A DNA stretch of 64,000 nucleotides from positions 40,012 through 104,011 of the forward strand of contig JBGTMQ010000009.1 of NCBI GenBank assembly GCA_041743505.1. Direction: 5' to 3'. The stretch is from Candidatus Saccharimonadia bacterium. Its GTDB lineage: Bacteria; Patescibacteriota; Saccharimonadia; UBA4664. Below the pieces are notes generated by a model. That model searched no databases. It saw nothing but the letters and a program-made list of their open reading frames with translations, and was not told where the DNA came from. The position numbers were made by a program, and so were the translations under genes. This document shows positions 27,406 to 37,438 of this stretch, piece by piece; positions within the stretch are counted from its first letter, which is position 1; the number at the start of each line of letters is the position of its first letter.

Positions 27406-29843
27406 ACGAGCACTCGTTTAATAGTTTCTCTGCCCGCGTTTCTGAGGCCCGCCTCCAAGCGCACTGGGCCAAGCAAATCGCCTCAGGGATATTAGTCCTA
27501 TCCGGACTCCTGGCAGCCACTGCCGCCCTTTTGTGGTTAACCGGCTACCACAAAGCCCTCAGCTTAGCCGGAGCAGCTATCGGACTGATATGTATATGGT
27601 TTTGGCTCAAGCGCGAGGTTCTTACTCTAACCGCCGCTCCCATCGGCAGCACAACCCGGCTCGAGTCATTACTGCCCCCTGAACTCGTTGCTGCCTACCG
27701 CCCGAATCAAACCGCCACCGAGCTCTGGAACATCATATCCGGCACCTGGCAGGCCAAGTTTATGATGACCCGGTTCGGGCTGCATCCGGACGTCATTGCG
27801 GCCAGCCTGGCCGATACCACATTTAGCCACGACCAGCTTTGGAACGAAGCTGCTAGCCGGGCCGGGGCAGCCGGCACAACCAGGCTAAGTCCCGCCACCA
27901 TCATGGCCGGGGTCATCAGCCTGTCACCATCGCTCCAAAACCTCCTCACCGCCGTCAAGCTAACCCCGGCCGATATCGACGAAGGAGTAGCGTGGCTGGC
28001 CCGGCTAGAAGCCTTCCAGCATGCCGAGCGGCCGACCTATGGTGGTATCGCCCGGGATTGGGCAGCCGGCTTTACTCCCACATTGTCGCACTTCGGTCAA
28101 AACATCAGCCGCCAGGTTGAGCTAGGCGGCCAGCAATTTGGTATCCAGGAGCGTACCAATCAACTTGACTCCCTCATTAGCGCGCTAGCCAGCGCCAATG
28201 GCAGCGTGACCGTAATCGGCGAGCCCGGCATCGGTAAAACAGCCCTCCTATATGGCTTGGCAGACCGCCTTCTGCAGGGCAAAAGCAATGCCAACCTCGA
28301 TCATTATCAGATCTTCTCGCTCAACGCTACGCTCATTTTGAGCCAACAAGAGCATGCCGGCGATCTCGAACGCATTGTCATGACATTATTATCCGAAGCT
28401 ATCCATGCCGGCAATATTGTCGTAGCACTCGACGAAGCCCAGCTTTTCTTCGGGCAGGGAACCGGTGCCGTCAATCTGAGCCAGATTTTATTGCCGGTGC
28501 TCCAATCCCGCAACCTCAAGCTCGTACTAGGTTTAACCCCGGGAGACTGGCAGAAACTTAAAGCCACTAATACCGCCATGACCAGCCTGCTGACGCCTTT
28601 GGTTCTCACTGAAGCACCCCAAGCTGAAACTATCCGGCTCTTAGCCGACCGGGCACTCATCCTCGAAGGCGGGCGATTCATTACCACCTACCCGGCCTTG
28701 GTCGAAGCCTACCGCCTATCAGGACGGTATTTTCAGGAAGAAGCTTATCCTGGCCGGGCGCTCAAGCTCCTCGAAGCTGCCCTAAATTATCCCGAAGGAC
28801 CTTTTATTACCCCAGTTAGCGTCCAGCAAGCCGTTGAAAGCCAGATCGGGGTCAAGGTCCAAACCGCCAGCGCCGACGAGTCCGACGTGCTCCTGCACTT
28901 AGAAGACCGCATCCACCAACGCATGATCAACCAGAGCCGCGCCGTTAGCGTAGTTGCCGCAGCGCTGCGCCGTGCCCGGGCCGGTGTATCCAACCCCAAA
29001 CGGCCCATCGGCTCATTCCTGTTCTTAGGCCCGACCGGCGTTGGTAAAACTGAGCTAGCCCGCAGCCTAGCCGCGCTTTACTTTGGCTCCGAAGCCAATA
29101 TGATCCGCCTCGATATGAGCGAGTACCAACAAACCACGGACGTAACGCGCCTGCTCGCTAGTGCCGCCGACAACCCGGCCGGATTGCTGGCCAAGGTTCG
29201 CACATCACCTTTTAGTGTTGTGTTATTCGATGAGATCGAAAAAGCCAACCCGAATATCCTCAATCTTTTCCTCCAGTTACTGGATGAAGGCAATCTGACC
29301 GACTCGTCCAACAAACCAGCCTCATTCAAAGATGCCATCGTCATTGCCACGTCTAACGCCGGCGCCGATGAGATTCGCAAACACATCGAAGCCGGCGAAG
29401 AACTGGAAGCCTTTGAGCAAAAGTTCACCGAAGATCTCATTACCTCCGGGCAATTTAAGCCGGAATTGCTCAACCGCTTTGATGAAATCGTTTTGTTCAG
29501 GCCACTCAAGCCCATCGAGCTGGTCGAAGTCGTCAAGCTAATGGTTGGCGAGGTCAACCACACCCTTGAACCGCAAAAGATCCAAGTCGCCCTGACCGAC
29601 GCCGCCATTGCCCAGCTCGTAGCGGCCGGCTACGACCCACGGCTGGGTGCCCGACCTATGCGCCGCATGGTCCAGCGCCGGGTCGAAGACGCCGTAGCCG
29701 GCCAAATACTGCGTGGCCAAGCCAAAGCTGGCGATACTATCACCCTGGACCTGGCCGATGTCGGCGGAGTAACCGCCAGCCCCAGCCCGCAGCAACCCAA
29801 GGCCGGCGTACTCTACGAACGCCCTAACGATGCCGACCAATAA
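27402..29843 (+). CDS. ClpA/B-family double AAA+ ATPase with N-terminal TM anchor
   Basis: GEPGIGKT/LDEAQ and GPTGVGKT/RLDMSEY/FDEIEKA, PELLNRFD, GARPMRR; two hydrophobic N-terminal helices. Confidence 0.9.
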   Translation: MNEHSFNSFSARVSEARLQAHWAKQIASGILVLSGLLAATAALLWLTGYHKALSLAGAAIGLICIWFWLKREVLTLTAAPIGSTTRLESLLPPELVAAYRPNQTATELWNIISGTWQAKFMMTRFGLHPDVIAASLADTTFSHDQLWNEAASRAGAAGTTRLSPATIMAGVISLSPSLQNLLTAVKLTPADIDEGVAWLARLEAFQHAERPTYGGIARDWAAGFTPTLSHFGQNISRQVELGGQQFGIQERTNQLDSLISALASANGSVTVIGEPGIGKTALLYGLADRLLQGKSNANLDHYQIFSLNATLILSQQEHAGDLERIVMTLLSEAIHAGNIVVALDEAQLFFGQGTGAVNLSQILLPVLQSRNLKLVLGLTPGDWQKLKATNTAMTSLLTPLVLTEAPQAETIRLLADRALILEGGRFITTYPALVEAYRLSGRYFQEEAYPGRALKLLEAALNYPEGPFITPVSVQQAVESQIGVKVQTASADESDVLLHLEDRIHQRMINQSRAVSVVAAALRRARAGVSNPKRPIGSFLFLGPTGVGKTELARSLAALYFGSEANMIRLDMSEYQQTTDVTRLLASAADNPAGLLAKVRTSPFSVVLFDEIEKANPNILNLFLQLLDEGNLTDSSNKPASFKDAIVIATSNAGADEIRKHIEAGEELEAFEQKFTEDLITSGQFKPELLNRFDEIVLFRPLKPIELVEVVKLMVGEVNHTLEPQKIQVALTDAAIAQLVAAGYDPRLGARPMRRMVQRRVEDAVAGQILRGQAKAGDTITLDLADVGGVTASPSPQQPKAGVLYERPNDADQ

Positions 29844-29930
29844 GGTTTACTTATACGACCATTCATTCTACAATTACTTCGCTTCATCACGAAGCTACGG
29901 ATATTGCCCACGCGACCATAGGAGTCCCCG

Positions 29931-30242
29931 ATGGGATCACTGGACCCGCAAAGCATCATCAAGGAGACGGCCCGGGGAACTGATGCCGCCCTAGGCTACA
30001 TTCTGATGGTGGGCGCCGAAACAGTTGCCATTCAGAGCCGTACGCTCGGCTCAATCGCCACCATCCGGCAAAAACTCCATGAATACGATGGCCAGCTCGC
30101 CGCAGCAGCCCAGAAGCTAAGCGCCCAAACAGGCGCGCAATGTACTACCCCGGATTGGCGCGAGTTTCTCCTTCTTGAGGCGCTGGAGATATACAGTCAA
30201 GCAGACCAACCGTCACTTCTCACCCGCCTGAAGGCTTCATGA
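29931..30242 (+). CDS. Hypothetical protein
   Basis: AGGAG SD; downstream hairpin; no motif recognised. Confidence 0.65.
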   Translation: MGSLDPQSIIKETARGTDAALGYILMVGAETVAIQSRTLGSIATIRQKLHEYDGQLAAAAQKLSAQTGAQCTTPDWREFLLLEALEIYSQADQPSLLTRLKAS

Positions 30243-30399
30243 CAGCCTAACCGCCGACCCAACCTCAGCCGCCAATACTCATCCGGGTATTGGCGGCTTA
30301 ACATTTCTCCAAAGCATATCCATACTATTGTAACTTAGCCCAATGCAACGCCTGCCGGCAAAGAGCATTATCATCCTAAGTAACCGTGAGGTATTTGCC

Positions 30400-30846
30400 A
30401 TGGCACGTCTTGATTCGCCCAAGCGGCGCGAACAACGCGATCGCAGCAGCAGCGATAACAACGAGTTTTACGGAGACCACGATAAATTCTACGAAAGCAT
30501 CGCGGCGCCTGCCCGACAATCATATTATGAACCGGGCACAGCCGGTGACTACACACCAGTGGAGCAAGTCGTACAAATTGTGGCTGGCATCTTAAACCTG
30601 CTGCTGGCACTGCGATTTGTGATGGCCCTTTTTACATCAGACACTTCAAATGCCTTCGTGGCAGTACTATTTGCAGCAACTGATTGGCTCGTGGCACCGT
30701 TTCAAAGCCTATTCGCCAGTCCGCCACCCACAAACGGCATCGGCTTCTTCGACTTACCAGCCCTAGCAGCTATCGTAGCCGTCTGGGTACTGGCCTGGAT
30801 AATCAGCATGATTGCCCGCGGTTCCAAGCCTGACTCAACATCGTAA
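30400..30846 (+). CDS. YggT-family membrane protein
   Basis: LLALRFVMALF...TDWLVAPF...DLPALAAI; GAGG SD before ATG 30400. Confidence 0.75.
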   Translation: MARLDSPKRREQRDRSSSDNNEFYGDHDKFYESIAAPARQSYYEPGTAGDYTPVEQVVQIVAGILNLLLALRFVMALFTSDTSNAFVAVLFAATDWLVAPFQSLFASPPPTNGIGFFDLPALAAIVAVWVLAWIISMIARGSKPDSTS

Positions 30847-30950
30847 TAACCAGTTTTCACTCAAACAACAAAGACTTTTAAGATTGCGACTTAAGAGTCT
30901 TTGTTGCATAATAGACCCCGTCTGGTGTCCTTCGTCCCCCGGAGGTAGTC

Positions 30951-31586
30951 TTGAAAACCACCTGGCGCACGTTCATCGAGTCCAAACGCCGCCCGGTATC
31001 GCGTGCTCTGATCATGCTCGTCACTTCGTTCATGACCATAACAGCAGGGGTCGCCTGGTGGTTTCTCCATTCCGACAACCTGCCTTTCGCGGTTCTTACG
31101 GCCGCATTTGCGCTGTATGAAGCCTTCATCGCCGGGAACATGCTGATCGGATATTGGGCAGTGCGTCCGACTCGCATCGCAACTTACAAGCTCAAAGACC
31201 AGCTGGACACCTTTTTGCTCGGGCATCAAATGGCAGCCGTACAGTCAAGCAGCGGTATCTACACGATCCTTCAGCTAAAACACTCTCTGCACGTTTTTCA
31301 CATCCACGACGAGGACCTTATACGGGTAGCTGAAAGCGACGACCAGCAGCCCGAAGTTGTCTTAAAAGTCTGGACTATCATCCCGACAATCAGTCAGACT
31401 TGGCAAGCCGTTAAAATTATCAAAACAACGGTCGAAGAAACCCGGCTGCTTGAATCCGCAAGCCTCATCAGGATGTCATTCGCCCTCAACGAACCAATCA
31501 CCGATAGCTTGCCAGCCGAGCCCCAAGAGATTGTCGACTTCACATCTGAGCTTGCCGACGGACAGATCATCGAGCGACAGGCCTAG
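30951..31586 (+). CDS. Hypothetical 2-TM protein, paralog A
   Basis: TTG start with GGAGG SD; aligns with next gene (PEVVLK, PAE..EI). Confidence 0.75.
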   Translation: MKTTWRTFIESKRRPVSRALIMLVTSFMTITAGVAWWFLHSDNLPFAVLTAAFALYEAFIAGNMLIGYWAVRPTRIATYKLKDQLDTFLLGHQMAAVQSSSGIYTILQLKHSLHVFHIHDEDLIRVAESDDQQPEVVLKVWTIIPTISQTWQAVKIIKTTVEETRLLESASLIRMSFALNEPITDSLPAEPQEIVDFTSELADGQIIERQA

Positions 31587-31688
31587 CCCAGGCAACAAAA
31601 CAGCAGGTCTCCCGACCGACTATTGGCCGGGGGACTTCTTTATGATATAAATACTATTCGCCAATCGTTCACAACCTAGGGAGCAGCC

Positions 31689-32336
31689 TTGAAAGGCATC
31701 TGGGGTAAACTCATTGGTAGCCTACGCGACAACCCAACTCTGCGTTTCATAGCTTTGCCCCTGGTTATGTTAGTGGTTCTAATTGAGGCTGCCATCTTCC
31801 GCTTCCAAACTACCACCCTGCCAGCTATGACTTTGTACCTGCTACTAGCCGCCCTGTGCATCTTTTTGGCCGCCAACCAGATCATCGGATATCGAGCGGA
31901 TACCGTCCACCGGTCTGCAACTCTCACGTTCATAGCTTACGTGAGAACAATTCTTGCCGAAAACAAGCAGGTTGCACTCATATCCGGCTCGGGATACCAC
32001 CACCTTATTCAAATGAACAATGGCGTTGTCATTCTCCACGTCGATAGCGAAGATGTCAGCCGGGCGCGGGAAACCCCCAATGATCCACCGGAGGTGGTCC
32101 TAAAAATCTGCGTAGCCTCTAGCACCATCAACAAAACCGTCCAGACTATCAGAACCACCAGGCTCGTAGTCAAAGATGAGTTTATCGGGCTTCCTGGCAC
32201 CGTCATCGACCTCATGCTATCGCTTCGTCCAAAGGATGCTCTTACGGGCAAGGGTGCTATTCCGGCAGAGTTAAAGGAAATCATCGAGCTAATAGCTCAA
32301 CTGGAACAAGGACGCATTTTTTTCCGCTTCCAGTAA
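31689..32336 (+). CDS. Hypothetical 2-TM protein, paralog B
   Basis: TTG start with GGGAG SD; aligns with previous gene. Confidence 0.75.
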   Translation: MKGIWGKLIGSLRDNPTLRFIALPLVMLVVLIEAAIFRFQTTTLPAMTLYLLLAALCIFLAANQIIGYRADTVHRSATLTFIAYVRTILAENKQVALISGSGYHHLIQMNNGVVILHVDSEDVSRARETPNDPPEVVLKICVASSTINKTVQTIRTTRLVVKDEFIGLPGTVIDLMLSLRPKDALTGKGAIPAELKEIIELIAQLEQGRIFFRFQ

Positions 32337-32400
32337 GTAAGCGTCACACACAAGCCCCAGCCAGATTATGGCTGGGGCTACTATTTTATTAGTCTAAAAG

Positions 32401-33615
32401 CTACCGAGTAATCGGAGCGCGGCCGTTCACAAACGTCAGCGCATGCCCACGAGCCCCTGCCCGGCCAGTCCGGCCTATACGGTGCACGTAGTCATCGTAC
32501 TGCTTTGGTGCATCATAATTGATAACGTGCGATACGTTCGGGATATCAAGACCACGTGCAGCCACATCGGTCGCAATCAAAGCCTGCACCCGTTCGCTCT
32601 TAAAGTCATTCAGAGCCTTCTGGCGTTGTGGCTGGCTCTTATTGCCATGAATTGCCGTCACCTTAAAACCTTGTTTGTTCAGGCGGTCGCTGAGCTTCTG
32701 AACACCCCACTTGGTCTCACCAAAGATGAGGACTTTCTTAAACGACGGGTCTCCCAGCAGCTCAACCAATTTGAGCTCCTTGGCTTCTTTGCCACCATCC
32801 ACGTACACTACATCCTGCTCGACATGGTCACTCGTTTCACCCTTGCGAACACTAACCGTGACCGGGTCTTTAAGAATAGTCGTAATGAGCTGTTCAATAT
32901 CAGGCGTAATAGTTGCGCTCAAAAACAACGTTTGGCGCTGCTCAGGCACGTGGCTCATAATGGCGCGGATATCACGGATAAAGCCCATGTCCAACATGCG
33001 ATCAGCCTCATCTAGCACCAGAACGTCGAAACCGTCCAGCTTAATGCCGTAGTTTTCCAACAAATCCTTAATGCGGCCGGGCGTACCAATAATAAACTGC
33101 GGCCGGCGGCGCAATTGCGACAACTGTTTATTGATCGAAGCGCCACCTACCACCAACGCGGCATAGACATTAAGACCGGCGGCAAACATCCGGAACTCTT
33201 CCTCAATCTGCACCGCCAGCTCACGGGTCGGCACCATAATGAGTGCCCGGTGGGCTTTGCGTTCCATCATTCGCTGAAGCGTCGGCAGCAGAAACGCCGC
33301 CGTCTTACCCGTACCAGTGTTGGCCAAGCCAATCAGGTCGCGGCCTTCCAGCACATGCGTAATAGCCCCGTCCTGAATCGGTGTCGGGTGCTCATAGCCA
33401 TGTGACTCCACATTGGACTGCAAGCGCTTGTCAAAGCCAAAATCAACAAACGTGTTGGTTGGCTCAAACACCACTTCTTCACGCACAGCTATAGCTTTAT
33501 TAATAAATTTATTCGGATCGATCGTCTTTTCGCGCACAGGGCGGCGATTTTTCGACGAATACATTGGGCGCGCACCACGACGGCCACGTCCAGACAGTGA
33601 ACTCTGTGGATACAA
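32401..33615 (-). CDS. DEAD-box RNA helicase
   Basis: PTPIQ, TGTGKT, PTRELA, TPGR, DEAD, SAT, ARGLD, HRIGRTGR. Confidence 0.97.
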   Translation of the reverse strand: MYPQSSLSGRGRRGARPMYSSKNRRPVREKTIDPNKFINKAIAVREEVVFEPTNTFVDFGFDKRLQSNVESHGYEHPTPIQDGAITHVLEGRDLIGLANTGTGKTAAFLLPTLQRMMERKAHRALIMVPTRELAVQIEEEFRMFAAGLNVYAALVVGGASINKQLSQLRRRPQFIIGTPGRIKDLLENYGIKLDGFDVLVLDEADRMLDMGFIRDIRAIMSHVPEQRQTLFLSATITPDIEQLITTILKDPVTVSVRKGETSDHVEQDVVYVDGGKEAKELKLVELLGDPSFKKVLIFGETKWGVQKLSDRLNKQGFKVTAIHGNKSQPQRQKALNDFKSERVQALIATDVAARGLDIPNVSHVINYDAPKQYDDYVHRIGRTGRAGARGHALTFVNGRAPITR

Positions 33616-33818
33616 AGGGATTCCTTTATTTACTTAAAACTGCCTCCATGAACATCAGCAGCTTTGAGTAGAGGAACCGCGGATTCACGAATACAATTGC
33701 CATTACTGTAGCACAAAGATTTAGTTTTGTCCATTGATTAACAAAAAATTGATGGTATTATACATTTGTCCAGAGGAAGTACCTAATTTGGCCGGCCGAA
33801 ACTTGAGAGGTAACTACA

Positions 33819-34376
33819 TTGAGAAGATTCAACTGCACGGCACATGTAGACGGACCTAAAACTCACGTCTTGGAGCTAGCCTCGGATTCAACAACAACTC
33901 TGGGGAGCGCCTGCTATGGTTACGTCATAAGTAATGGCATGTTTGGGCTAGCATCTTTTCCGCATCCCCCTCCGGCAATCGGGGTAGAGCCCGCCGCGGT
34001 CGCCGAGCTGCAGGCTATCGGATACGCCATGAAGCGCATCCCACATGTGTCGCCAGTTACGGTCTACACAAGATCGCAAGTCGCTATCGGATACCTCTAC
34101 AAATGGCAACGTGGCATATTCTGTTACCCTGAAGGATATAGCCTTCAACGTAACACCGACCGTATTCCAACCCTTGTAGCACTCGCCACGAAGCTACATG
34201 AACGGCCCGGCTCATTCGACACCCAGTGGGTTGAGAGCCTGAACGGGCACCCGCTCAATGAATTAGCCCGCTCGTTAACTGGCTTAGCCCGGAAAGCCGC
34301 CCACGAACATCTCACAAAAGAGGAAGCCAAGGCACAAGCTAAGAACTGTGTTTCCCGATGTCTCACAAGAATGTAA
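33819..34376 (+). CDS. RNase HI-like protein with degenerate active site
   Basis: LASDS, VAELQAI, VYTRSQ, QWV...GHPLNELARSL follow RNase H motif order. Confidence 0.65.
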   Translation: MRRFNCTAHVDGPKTHVLELASDSTTTLGSACYGYVISNGMFGLASFPHPPPAIGVEPAAVAELQAIGYAMKRIPHVSPVTVYTRSQVAIGYLYKWQRGIFCYPEGYSLQRNTDRIPTLVALATKLHERPGSFDTQWVESLNGHPLNELARSLTGLARKAAHEHLTKEEAKAQAKNCVSRCLTRM

Positions 34377-34417
34377 CCTCGCACTAAAGTAACAATCAAC
34401 ATCCACCAACCATCCGG

Positions 34418-34947
34418 CCCGTTACCTACCACAAGTAACGGGCCGCTTCTTAAATGGCATACCGTTTATCGGCACATCGCACCAAACTAGTCGATCTGCA
34501 CGCACCAAAACCCCGTCACCACACCGGTGACGGGTTCTTAAGTCCTCCGTCACACCAATTTTTCGGAAAAACTGAATTAAGATATAATAGAACCGGATCT
34601 TCCCCTAGCCACCCCGCTCATACCGAGTGAGCTCAGTACCCAAGGAGTGAGCATGACCACGCCCGCGCCGGCACGTAACGTGTATTTTGCAAATATAACC
34701 AGGTGCTATGGCCAAATACCACTAAGTAATCTTCTGGACCAGCTCGCCGTTGGCGGCGGAGTCGTCTATGTCGGCCGCGAAGGAGAGATAGTTGCAAAGC
34801 TTGAACTCCTTGACAACAATATCCGGGAAACAGCTCTTCAAGAGTTAGCTGAGCTCGGCATTTTTCCCCAGAACACCGCTCATTAGGGCCCCGAATACGG
34901 CCTAACCTCGCCCGTTGCCTTCCACAAGGTAACGGGCCGATTCTTAT
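34418..34947 (+). repeat. Three related hairpins CCCGTYRC...GTRACGGG...TTCTTA
   Basis: Copies start at 34418, 34512 and 34911. Confidence 0.65.
34653..34886 (+). CDS. Small protein resembling a Phd/YefM antitoxin domain
   Basis: LSNLLDQL...VYVGREGEIVAKL; AAGGAG SD. Confidence 0.5.
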   Translation: MTTPAPARNVYFANITRCYGQIPLSNLLDQLAVGGGVVYVGREGEIVAKLELLDNNIRETALQELAELGIFPQNTAH

Positions 34948-34983
34948 AGACAGACCGTTGACAACCACGATATGCTAGGCGTC

Positions 34984-37311
34984 ATGAGCAAACACCTCGT
35001 CATCGTTGAAAGCCCGGCTAAAGCCAAGACCATTAGCCAGTATTTAGGCCCCAGTTATATAGTCGAAGCCTCGTTTGGCCACGTCCGCGATTTGCCCAAA
35101 AGCGGCATGGGCGTGGACATTGAGCACGGCTTTAAGCCAGCTTACGAGGTCAGCCCGGACAAGAAGAAGCGCATCGCCGAACTCAAGAAACTGGCCAAAA
35201 CTGTCGAATCCGTCTGGCTGGCCTCCGATGAAGACCGCGAAGGAGAGGCCATTGCCTGGCACTTGTGCCTAGCCCTTGGATTAGATCCCAAAAAAACTAA
35301 ACGGATTGTATTCCACGAAATCACCGAGCGGGCTATCAAGCGGGCTATCGAAAGCCCGCGGTTTGTCGATCAAAACCTGGTAGACGCCCAGCAAGCCCGG
35401 CGCGTCCTCGACCGCCTGGTCGGGTACGAACTCTCACCCGTATTGTGGAAAAAAATCCAAACCGGCCTCAGCGCCGGCCGGGTCCAGAGTGTAGCCGTCC
35501 GCGTCATCGTCGAGCGCGAGCGGGAAATCGAAGGCTTCACCGCTAAATCCGGCTACAAAATCACTGCCGAATTCACCCTGGATGGGGGAGCTGTCCTCAA
35601 AGCCGAACTGCCAACCAAATTCAAAACCGCCAAGGAAGCCGAAAAATTCTTGCAAGATTGCCTTGGCGCCGATTTCAGCGTTGCCAGCCTGGAAACCAAG
35701 CCCGGCAAGCGCACACCGGCCGCACCGTTTACCACCTCCACACTCCAGCAAGAGGCCAGCCGCAAACTCAGCTTTAGCGTCCGCCAAACTATGGTCGTCG
35801 CTCAGAAATTATACGAAGCCGGTAAAATCACCTACATGCGTACCGACTCGGTCCACCTCAGCGACCTCGCCCTCGACGCCGCAGCCGCCACCATCAAAAA
35901 GGACTTCGGTGACAAATACTACGCCCGGCGGCAATTCACCACCAAATCAGCCGGGGCTCAGGAGGCCCACGAGGCCATTCGCCCCACCCATTTCAACCAC
36001 GCCACTACCGCCGGCGACCGCAACGAGCAGCGCTTATACGAACTCATCTGGAAACGCACCGTCGCCTCACAAATGGCCGATGCTCAACTTGAGCGCACTA
36101 CCGCCGCTGTAGCCATTTCCACCCGGCCCGAACAGCTCCAGGCCAAAGGCGAGGTAGTCGTATTTGATGGCTTCCTTAAGCTTTATTTAGCCCACGAAAG
36201 CGACGAAGAGACCGAGGAAGAGGGGATTTTGCCACCGCTCGAAGTCGGCCAAAGCGTACCACTCGATGCCATGCTAGCTACCCAGGTTTACGACCGCCCC
36301 AAAGCCCGCTATACCGAGGCTTCACTCGTTAAGCGGCTCGAAGAAATGGGCATCGGCCGCCCGAGTACATACGCACCAACCATCTCAACCATCCAAGACC
36401 GCGAATATGTCGTTAAGGGCGACCTGGAAGGCAAAGAGCGCCCAGTCCAAAAATTCGAACTCAAAGACAGCAAAATCCAGGAAGACAACACCGTCGAAAT
36501 ATACGGCGCCGACCGCGGCAAACTTTTCCCGACCTCCGTGGGCATGCTAGTCAACGACTTTTTGGTCCAGCATTTCCCGGCAGTTGTGGACTTTAACTTC
36601 ACCGCCAAGGTCGAGGACGAGTTCGACGACATCGCCGATGGCAAGCAAACCTGGAACCGGATGATCGCCGAATTCTACGGCCCATTCCACACCACTGTCG
36701 AGGCTGCCGCAGACATTTCGCGTATGGAAGCCGCCGGCGCCCGCGAACTGGGCACGGATCCCAAAACCGGCAAGCCGGTCATCGCCAGACTCGGCCGCTA
36801 CGGCCCCATGCTGCAACTCGGCGAAGCCACCGATAAAGACAAAGACGGCAATGATGATAAACCCAAATTTGCGCCGCTCCCCACCGGCCGCCGCCTCGAC
36901 GATGTCACGCTCGAAGAAGCACTAGAACTGTTCAAACTGCCACGCATAATCGGTCAAACCACTGACGGGGAAGACATCAAAGCCAACTTTGGCCGGTTCG
37001 GACCCTATATCCAGTGGGGCAAACTATACGCCTCCATTAAGCCGGATGACCCACTCACCGTTACCCACAACCGGGCGCTCGAGCTTATCGCCGAAAAAGT
37101 AGCTGATGAAAAAGCCAAAAATATTCAGATATTCGACAGCGGGATCAAGGTCCTCAATGGCCGGTTCGGACCCTATATTACTGACGGCAAAAAGAATGCC
37201 AAGATTCCCAAAGATATGGAACCAGCCAAGCTAACTGAGAAACAATGCCAAGAGCTTTTAGCTACCGCACCAGCCCGCGCCAAACGCCGGCGGATTGTCA
37301 AACCGTCTTAA
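34984..37311 (+). CDS. topA: DNA topoisomerase I with Toprim C-terminal repeats (no Zn ribbons)
   Basis: IVESPAKAK, DEDREGE, SAGRVQS, ITYMRTD, GIGRPSTY; three GR[YF]GP repeats. Confidence 0.98.
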   Translation: MSKHLVIVESPAKAKTISQYLGPSYIVEASFGHVRDLPKSGMGVDIEHGFKPAYEVSPDKKKRIAELKKLAKTVESVWLASDEDREGEAIAWHLCLALGLDPKKTKRIVFHEITERAIKRAIESPRFVDQNLVDAQQARRVLDRLVGYELSPVLWKKIQTGLSAGRVQSVAVRVIVEREREIEGFTAKSGYKITAEFTLDGGAVLKAELPTKFKTAKEAEKFLQDCLGADFSVASLETKPGKRTPAAPFTTSTLQQEASRKLSFSVRQTMVVAQKLYEAGKITYMRTDSVHLSDLALDAAAATIKKDFGDKYYARRQFTTKSAGAQEAHEAIRPTHFNHATTAGDRNEQRLYELIWKRTVASQMADAQLERTTAAVAISTRPEQLQAKGEVVVFDGFLKLYLAHESDEETEEEGILPPLEVGQSVPLDAMLATQVYDRPKARYTEASLVKRLEEMGIGRPSTYAPTISTIQDREYVVKGDLEGKERPVQKFELKDSKIQEDNTVEIYGADRGKLFPTSVGMLVNDFLVQHFPAVVDFNFTAKVEDEFDDIADGKQTWNRMIAEFYGPFHTTVEAAADISRMEAAGARELGTDPKTGKPVIARLGRYGPMLQLGEATDKDKDGNDDKPKFAPLPTGRRLDDVTLEEALELFKLPRIIGQTTDGEDIKANFGRFGPYIQWGKLYASIKPDDPLTVTHNRALELIAEKVADEKAKNIQIFDSGIKVLNGRFGPYITDGKKNAKIPKDMEPAKLTEKQCQELLATAPARAKRRRIVKPS

Positions 37312-37438
37312 AACTTTCTAACTAGCGACTTTGCTATTGTAAAAACCACCTACTTGCAGGTACGATTCTTATAGAAACGTACGACTTTTGTCGTAAACTC
37401 TTAGAATTATCAACAAAATCAAGCTAAGGCAGCTTATC

